A stretch of 64,000 nt of DNA from positions 5,344,001 to 5,408,000 of the forward strand of contig OY762428.1 in NCBI GenBank assembly GCA_963665665.1, read 5' to 3'. Origin of the DNA: Candidatus Kapaibacterium sp. (lineage in GTDB: Bacteria > Bacteroidota > Ignavibacteria > Kapaibacteriales > UBA2268). Each line of letters begins with the position of its first letter. Positions within the stretch are counted from its first letter, which is position 1. The notes under the pieces are model-generated. The model did no database searches, was not told where the DNA came from, and saw only the letters and a program-made list of their open reading frames with translations. Of this stretch, positions 59,150 to 64,000 are shown in pieces. Made by a program: the position numbers and the translations under genes.

Positions 59150-61723
59150 TCATCTGTTCAGAACAACTGTTTCGCTGTATTTTTTACCACCCACACTTAT
59201 ATTTACTATATAAGTCCCTGATGATAATTTCATTCCTGTAGCATCGCATCCGTTCCATTCAAGCGAATAATTCCTTGCAGGAAGGCTTCCATTATGTAAA
59301 TCTGCAAGCTTTCTTCCGCTAATATCATAAACAGAACATGTAACATTCTGTCCTGCATTCCTGCTGTCAACACGGAAGAATATTGTAGTAGATTCAACAA
59401 AGGGGTTAGGATATGAATTTATCTCGAAAGGATTTTCTGATTCTTCTTCAACTCCGGTAGCCACTGTAGGCAGTGATAACGGAGCATTGCTTCTTATAGC
59501 TCCTTTATCATCTGTCTGGTAAAGATCGCATATTTCAGGGCGCATAACGGCATATTGCTGCTCTTCTGTGAAATTATCAGTCCAAATTTCATCAGTCAAT
59601 CTTTTGAAGTTCAGGCTAATGTGTTCGTAGTAGCTCATTACGGGACCCACATAAGCAGTTTCTTCCCCATCTTCATTTTCATTGTATATTACGCAAAGAT
59701 TTAACGGCCCGGTACCAACATGCAATACCTTACCAACCGGGTTGCCGGCTTCATCAGTAGGCTGCGTATGAACGTCTGCAACAACGTAGTCGACAGTATT
59801 CATTGCATCGCCAAAATCGAGATAAAGGTCTGCATACCAGCCTGTTGGAGTAACAACACAGCCCATACTTTCGCTGTAGAACCTTCCGAGGAATCCGTTC
59901 TCAGCATCGCTTAACAGATCTCCTGCAAGCATCTTAGTGGAAATTGTATAACATGTATCATTGATATTCTTCATATTGTCAAGATATCGGAATATCATCT
60001 GAATTCTCCATGAATCATATCCTTCAAGAGATTCTTTGAAAATATCACTCGCATTTTGAGAAAGATCAATAAAAGCCTTATACAAATCAGGGTTGGGCTC
60101 CAGGAAAACATGCGGGAATGAACATGTAGCGCCGCCGGTATAGCTTTGTTTTGCGTAAAGCAGGTTGTCATGGCGAAGCTGTGCCCAGGAAGCAAGCTGA
60201 GTATTTATCTGGCTCTGCTGCCAGTTAGCTGTCTGCATAAATTCCGGGAATTTTTTTAGTTCTGCTTTTTCCGGAGCGTTTAGTGTTCTGATAACATTCA
60301 GCCATGAATTATATATAGATGATGTCCAGAAATCATCTTTATAAGAATCAATGAGGTATCTCATTGCAGCAAGATTACTGCCATACGGATACTCTTCCAT
60401 TTCGTCTTTCAGCAGATAAGAAGCAGCATTATTCCCCAATGCAAATATCACATCAAGAGATGAAGGCATCATTCTCATTACTTTTTTGTTTTCAAATAGA
60501 ATCCTGTCGTAAACAACATTGCTGAAAACATAGGAATCAATAACAAAACGCTGGCCAAATAGCATAAATGCAGAGGCAGGTTCAATCTGATCAGGTGTTA
60601 GCGGGTCTGACATTAATATCTGGGACAAAATCTTCTGGCCGGCATAAGATTTTGTTTTAAGAAGGTCTTTGAACTCTTCGCACTTTTCAAGGCTTGTCAA
60701 ATCCCGGGGGCCTGAAATAGAAAGTTCACCGGCAAGTTCTATCATGTGATTAACTTTTACGTTATCACTTTCACCAACCATAGTAGTAATGATAGCATCC
60801 ATGTTGTCAAGATTTTCACCAGCGCCTGAACTCTCAGTAGATTTTGCTATAAGATAAGAACCAATAATCTGCCTGCGGATATCTTCGGGTGTTTGTTTCG
60901 GGCAGTCATCCGATTTCGGAGCAATAAGATAAAATTCCGTTCTGCCAAGCCAGATCATCGATTTGAAATATTTTTTCAATACTTCAGTATCAGTATAATG
61001 TCCCCTTGGTGTAAACTGGCTGAAATCAATTGTCCTGGCAGTAGTTGAAAACAATTTATATACGCCAGGTTTCTCATTGTTGATCATCTGCATCAACTTA
61101 GCGATCTCGGATTCGTTTTCAGAGAAATAACAGGGATGTTTTGTACCTGTCAGCAAATCGTGAGCGATTGTGTAATAAACATCCATATCCATCAATGAGG
61201 TTTTAATAATCTCATCGGATCCGTATTCCATATCAAGTCTGCCAAGATCATTTCTTAAAGCTGATAACGCTCCGTCTAATTCATCAATTAATATCTCGGT
61301 TTCGAGATACTTCAATATCTGATCGTAAGACATGTGGAAAGCATGGAGAAATGCGTCGCTTGTTATAAACAATGGCAGGTCATTGTGCCAGATGTTTGAA
61401 TAAGCATGGCCGAAAGAAGTGCTGAAATCATCAATATCTCTTCCACTGACAACAAAATTATACTTTTCAAGCATTTCCTTTTCATCATTAGTAAGGCCGT
61501 ATTTCCCGAAAATACTATCCGCATATTCAGGAAGGTCATCATTCAGCGCTTTGTCCAGATAAATCCCCGGAGGATACATCTGCTGTAACTGCGAGTTAGT
61601 CATATCCTGATTGTCATTTAAAAACTTCACGTAATTCTCAACCGAGAAATCATCCGAGTAGATTTTCCCGAAAGAAGCGAAAAGAATCAGGATAAAAGCC
61701 GTCGTAAAAATCTTTTTACCCAT
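59150..61723 (-). CDS. DUF3160-like secreted protein with T9SS/FlgD-Ig-type C-terminal domain
   Basis: PLFITSDAFLHAFH, DFSQFTPRGHYT, YFKSMIWLGR, LASWAQLRHDNLLYAKQSY, VADVHT, GPVMSYYE; C-terminal SYPNPF...YDISGR...WNG...SGTY; GAGGT upstream of the ATG at 61723. Confidence 0.85.
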   Translation of the reverse strand: MGKKIFTTAFILILFASFGKIYSDDFSVENYVKFLNDNQDMTNSQLQQMYPPGIYLDKALNDDLPEYADSIFGKYGLTNDEKEMLEKYNFVVSGRDIDDFSTSFGHAYSNIWHNDLPLFITSDAFLHAFHMSYDQILKYLETEILIDELDGALSALRNDLGRLDMEYGSDEIIKTSLMDMDVYYTIAHDLLTGTKHPCYFSENESEIAKLMQMINNEKPGVYKLFSTTARTIDFSQFTPRGHYTDTEVLKKYFKSMIWLGRTEFYLIAPKSDDCPKQTPEDIRRQIIGSYLIAKSTESSGAGENLDNMDAIITTMVGESDNVKVNHMIELAGELSISGPRDLTSLEKCEEFKDLLKTKSYAGQKILSQILMSDPLTPDQIEPASAFMLFGQRFVIDSYVFSNVVYDRILFENKKVMRMMPSSLDVIFALGNNAASYLLKDEMEEYPYGSNLAAMRYLIDSYKDDFWTSSIYNSWLNVIRTLNAPEKAELKKFPEFMQTANWQQSQINTQLASWAQLRHDNLLYAKQSYTGGATCSFPHVFLEPNPDLYKAFIDLSQNASDIFKESLEGYDSWRIQMIFRYLDNMKNINDTCYTISTKMLAGDLLSDAENGFLGRFYSESMGCVVTPTGWYADLYLDFGDAMNTVDYVVADVHTQPTDEAGNPVGKVLHVGTGPLNLCVIYNENEDGEETAYVGPVMSYYEHISLNFKRLTDEIWTDNFTEEQQYAVMRPEICDLYQTDDKGAIRSNAPLSLPTVATGVEEESENPFEINSYPNPFVESTTIFFRVDSRNAGQNVTCSVYDISGRKLADLHNGSLPARNYSLEWNGCDATGMKLSSGTYIVNISVGGKKYSETVVLNR

Positions 61724-61965
61724 TTTTTTTACCTCAACTGTTAATGTTAGTAAAATTAAAATATAATAAAAACAAGTACTTGTGTCAACACATTTCTTGT
61801 TTTGATGGGATTTTTTTTCAAATTTTTTCGAATTTTCCCATCCCTTTACCATAGATTAACAGATTTGCAAAAAAAAGTTCCGCGCAAGCCAAAAAAAATG
61901 AGCGGAAGTAACCGCCCATTTAGGAAAATAAATTATAACATCGTTCTATTTCAGGTTGTTAGATT

Positions 61966-62391
61966 CTAATTCATTGATACTTCAGCAACTTCTTTTCTTT
62001 CAACCTCGGTTGTATAAACATCAAATGCCGGTGGATTTTCCATATATTGCTTTACTGCACATAGATTAGCAGCATTCACAAGAGCACCTTTATATTTTTC
62101 CGGGAAGCCCTTTGGCACCTGAATATCCAGAGCAATTGTGCCGATTCTTCTTTTTATCGGATCCCACTGGATTTTTTGTTCAATTTCTACTCCCTCGGTT
62201 GGAAGGTTTCGGCTCTGAAGAAAACTTAATACATATATTCCGGCGCAAGTTCCAAGCGATGCAAGAAAATAATCAAACGGGGCCGGAGCAGTACCATCGC
62301 CTCCACCCTGCCTTGCCTGGTCGGTATGAACTGTAAAACCATTAAAATTTGCATCTACTTTTTTGTTTCCGGGAAATGTAATCTTCATCAT
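61966..62391 (-). CDS. OsmC-like protein
   Basis: TDQ...GGDGTAPAPFDYFLASLGTC...CAVK, two conserved Cys. Confidence 0.9.
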   Translation of the reverse strand: MMKITFPGNKKVDANFNGFTVHTDQARQGGGDGTAPAPFDYFLASLGTCAGIYVLSFLQSRNLPTEGVEIEQKIQWDPIKRRIGTIALDIQVPKGFPEKYKGALVNAANLCAVKQYMENPPAFDVYTTEVERKEVAEVSMN

Positions 62392-62540
62392 TTTTTTCAC
62401 CTATATTTAATTTTTTTAAAATTATATTATTAAATTGATTTTTTTACTGTGTGAATTTTAGTATTTAAATTATTTATATTACCAATTGGTAATATAGTCG
62501 AAATATCCGGCATTTTATTTGAACGAATTTATAACAAAAT

Positions 62541-63566
62541 ATGAAAAAAATTTTATCCCTCTCGATTACAGCATTTGTAAGTATTTTATTATTATCAATT
62601 TATATACTATACAGCACAAACAACATCCCGGTTGTAAACTCTGTTATTGAACTCAATATTAAGAAGGGCAGCAGTTTTTTATCTGTAATTGAACTTGCAG
62701 AAAGCAAAGGCGTACTAAAACCGGCATGGCTTTTTAAACTTATCGGACGATATGTTGATAAAACCGAAGGCTCAAAGATTATTGCAGGTTACTATGAAAT
62801 TCCGCCGGGCCTCACGAATCTGGAAATTCTCAAGGCCTTGATGAATGGTAAATATCTGAGTACTATACGTCTTACTTTTACAGAAGGAAGAAGTTATTTG
62901 GATTACGCAGATATAATATCGCGAAAATCAAAAGTTGACGCTGATACATTCAAATACCTCTGTAAATCGGATTCCCTACTGAAGGCAAGGAAAATCCCGG
63001 CAAAAAATGTTGAAGGTTATCTTATGCCGGATACTTATGAATTTTTCTCCAACGCAACTCCTGAACAACTTATTGACAAGCTGCTGGACGAAGCTGAATT
63101 CTTTTGGTGCGAAACAAGGCTGGGGCAACTGAAAATATTGAAACGATCCAAGCACGAAATCCTGACTCTTGCCTCAATTATCGAGGCAGAAGCCATTGTT
63201 GCTGACGAAAAACAAAGAATAAGCGGAGTATATCACAACCGGTTAAAACGCGGCTGGCTTCTTCAGGCAGACCCAACGGTTCAGTTTGCAATAGGGGAAA
63301 AAAGAAAATTATTATACAAAGACCTTGACTTTGATCACCCATACAATACATATATGTATTCCGGGCTTCCACCGGCGCCGATAAACTGCCCAGGCAGATC
63401 ATCAATACTCGCAGCATTGAATCCTGAACAGCATGGATACATGTATTTTGTTGCTGTCGGCGACGGAAGTCACAGGCATAATTTTTCCCAAACACTTGCC
63501 GGGCACAACAGGTATAAGCGTATATTCAAAGCAAATGTAAAGGCATCACGAAACAGGGCACAATAG
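62541..63566 (+). CDS. mltG: Endolytic transglycosylase MltG
   Basis: N-terminal TM segment, EGYLMPDTY, LASIIEAE, NRLKRGWLLQADPTV, YNTY..GLPP.PI..PG, YFVA. Confidence 0.96.
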   Translation: MKKILSLSITAFVSILLLSIYILYSTNNIPVVNSVIELNIKKGSSFLSVIELAESKGVLKPAWLFKLIGRYVDKTEGSKIIAGYYEIPPGLTNLEILKALMNGKYLSTIRLTFTEGRSYLDYADIISRKSKVDADTFKYLCKSDSLLKARKIPAKNVEGYLMPDTYEFFSNATPEQLIDKLLDEAEFFWCETRLGQLKILKRSKHEILTLASIIEAEAIVADEKQRISGVYHNRLKRGWLLQADPTVQFAIGEKRKLLYKDLDFDHPYNTYMYSGLPPAPINCPGRSSILAALNPEQHGYMYFVAVGDGSHRHNFSQTLAGHNRYKRIFKANVKASRNRAQ

Positions 63567-63726
63567 ATATATCGATGAATTACAAAAACTTAGTGATCAG
63601 TAGACAGTTATTTATTAAAAATTAATTTTTATAATTGTAATATTTTTTGTTTTTTGTGGTTCTAAATTGTGTAATATTTTACACACTTTGGATTAGAATG
63701 TTATTTTCCTGTATTCGGGGACACAG

Positions 63727-64000
63727 ATGAAAGATTGGTTTCTTAGAAAATTTAAACTGCTAATATCAGTTCTTCTGCTAATATCGCTAATACCTTTAGC
63801 TCCTGTAACTCTTGATGCCAGGAAAAGAAATAAAAAAGCAAATGTAAGAAAACAAGCGATTGAAACAATCAGAAGCAGTTCGGAAATTGTAAGTGAATTA
63901 GCCGGACTGGAACCTGATATTCAAGAGGATACTCTTACAATTACAGACGAAACATGCCTGTTCGATGAAGGTGAAATACCGGAAGAGCTTGAAGAAGAAG
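63727..64000 (+). CDS. Secreted protein, 5' part only (runs off the window)
   Basis: Open frame MKDWFLRKFKLLISVLLLISLIPLAPVTLDARKR... with a signal-like N-terminus, GGGG upstream and no stop before the window end. Confidence 0.75.
   Translation, partial: MKDWFLRKFKLLISVLLLISLIPLAPVTLDARKRNKKANVRKQAIETIRSSSEIVSELAGLEPDIQEDTLTITDETCLFDEGEIPEELEEE

Noticed and set aside
61966-62391. YcaO-linked RiPP gene
   Set aside because: It resembles OsmC domains sometimes fused to YcaO, but it is stand-alone with no YcaO or precursor nearby.

Overview
AT-rich bacterial chromosome window with no rRNA, tRNA, CRISPR array, transposase or integrase that I can recognise. Six proteins carry type IX secretion (T9SS) C-terminal sorting domains and there is a divergent GldL/GldM (PorL/PorM)-like pair. 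This points to the Bacteroidota-Chlorobi-Ignavibacteria-Kapabacteria lineage (inference). Left to right: (1) a 96-aa peptide with a YEKPRL leader and six CxxG motifs (probable RiPP precursor; its enzymes would lie off the left edge); (2) 2.7 kb without a convincing gene, made of REP-like palindrome mosaics and two 21-bp tandem arrays that are inverted copies of one unit; (3) three T9SS cargo genes and an esterase; (4) an MCP-cheW-MCP chemoreceptor duplication; (5) a divergent double-HTH regulator behind two perfect 20-bp palindromes, followed by a TPR membrane sensor with a His-less kinase stub and a membrane protein; (6) S41 protease, double-Cache lipoprotein, SSADH, methionine gamma-lyase, Tat-signal TldD/PmbA and a CMD protein; (7) a 30-Cys T9SS protein with a 7-bp microsatellite in its signal peptide, and a BNR/YCF48-like T9SS protein; (8) a trimeric [FeFe]-hydrogenase operon; (9) HAD hydrolase, GerW/YtfJ, aroA, TPR protein and a MacAB-TolC-like exporter; (10) an envelope operon (heparinase II/III-like, flippase, FtsX, LptG/F, GldL/M-like); (11) HicB-like protein, DUF3160-like T9SS protein, OsmC, MltG and a truncated last gene. 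All family calls come from recognising motifs by eye, not from database searches.
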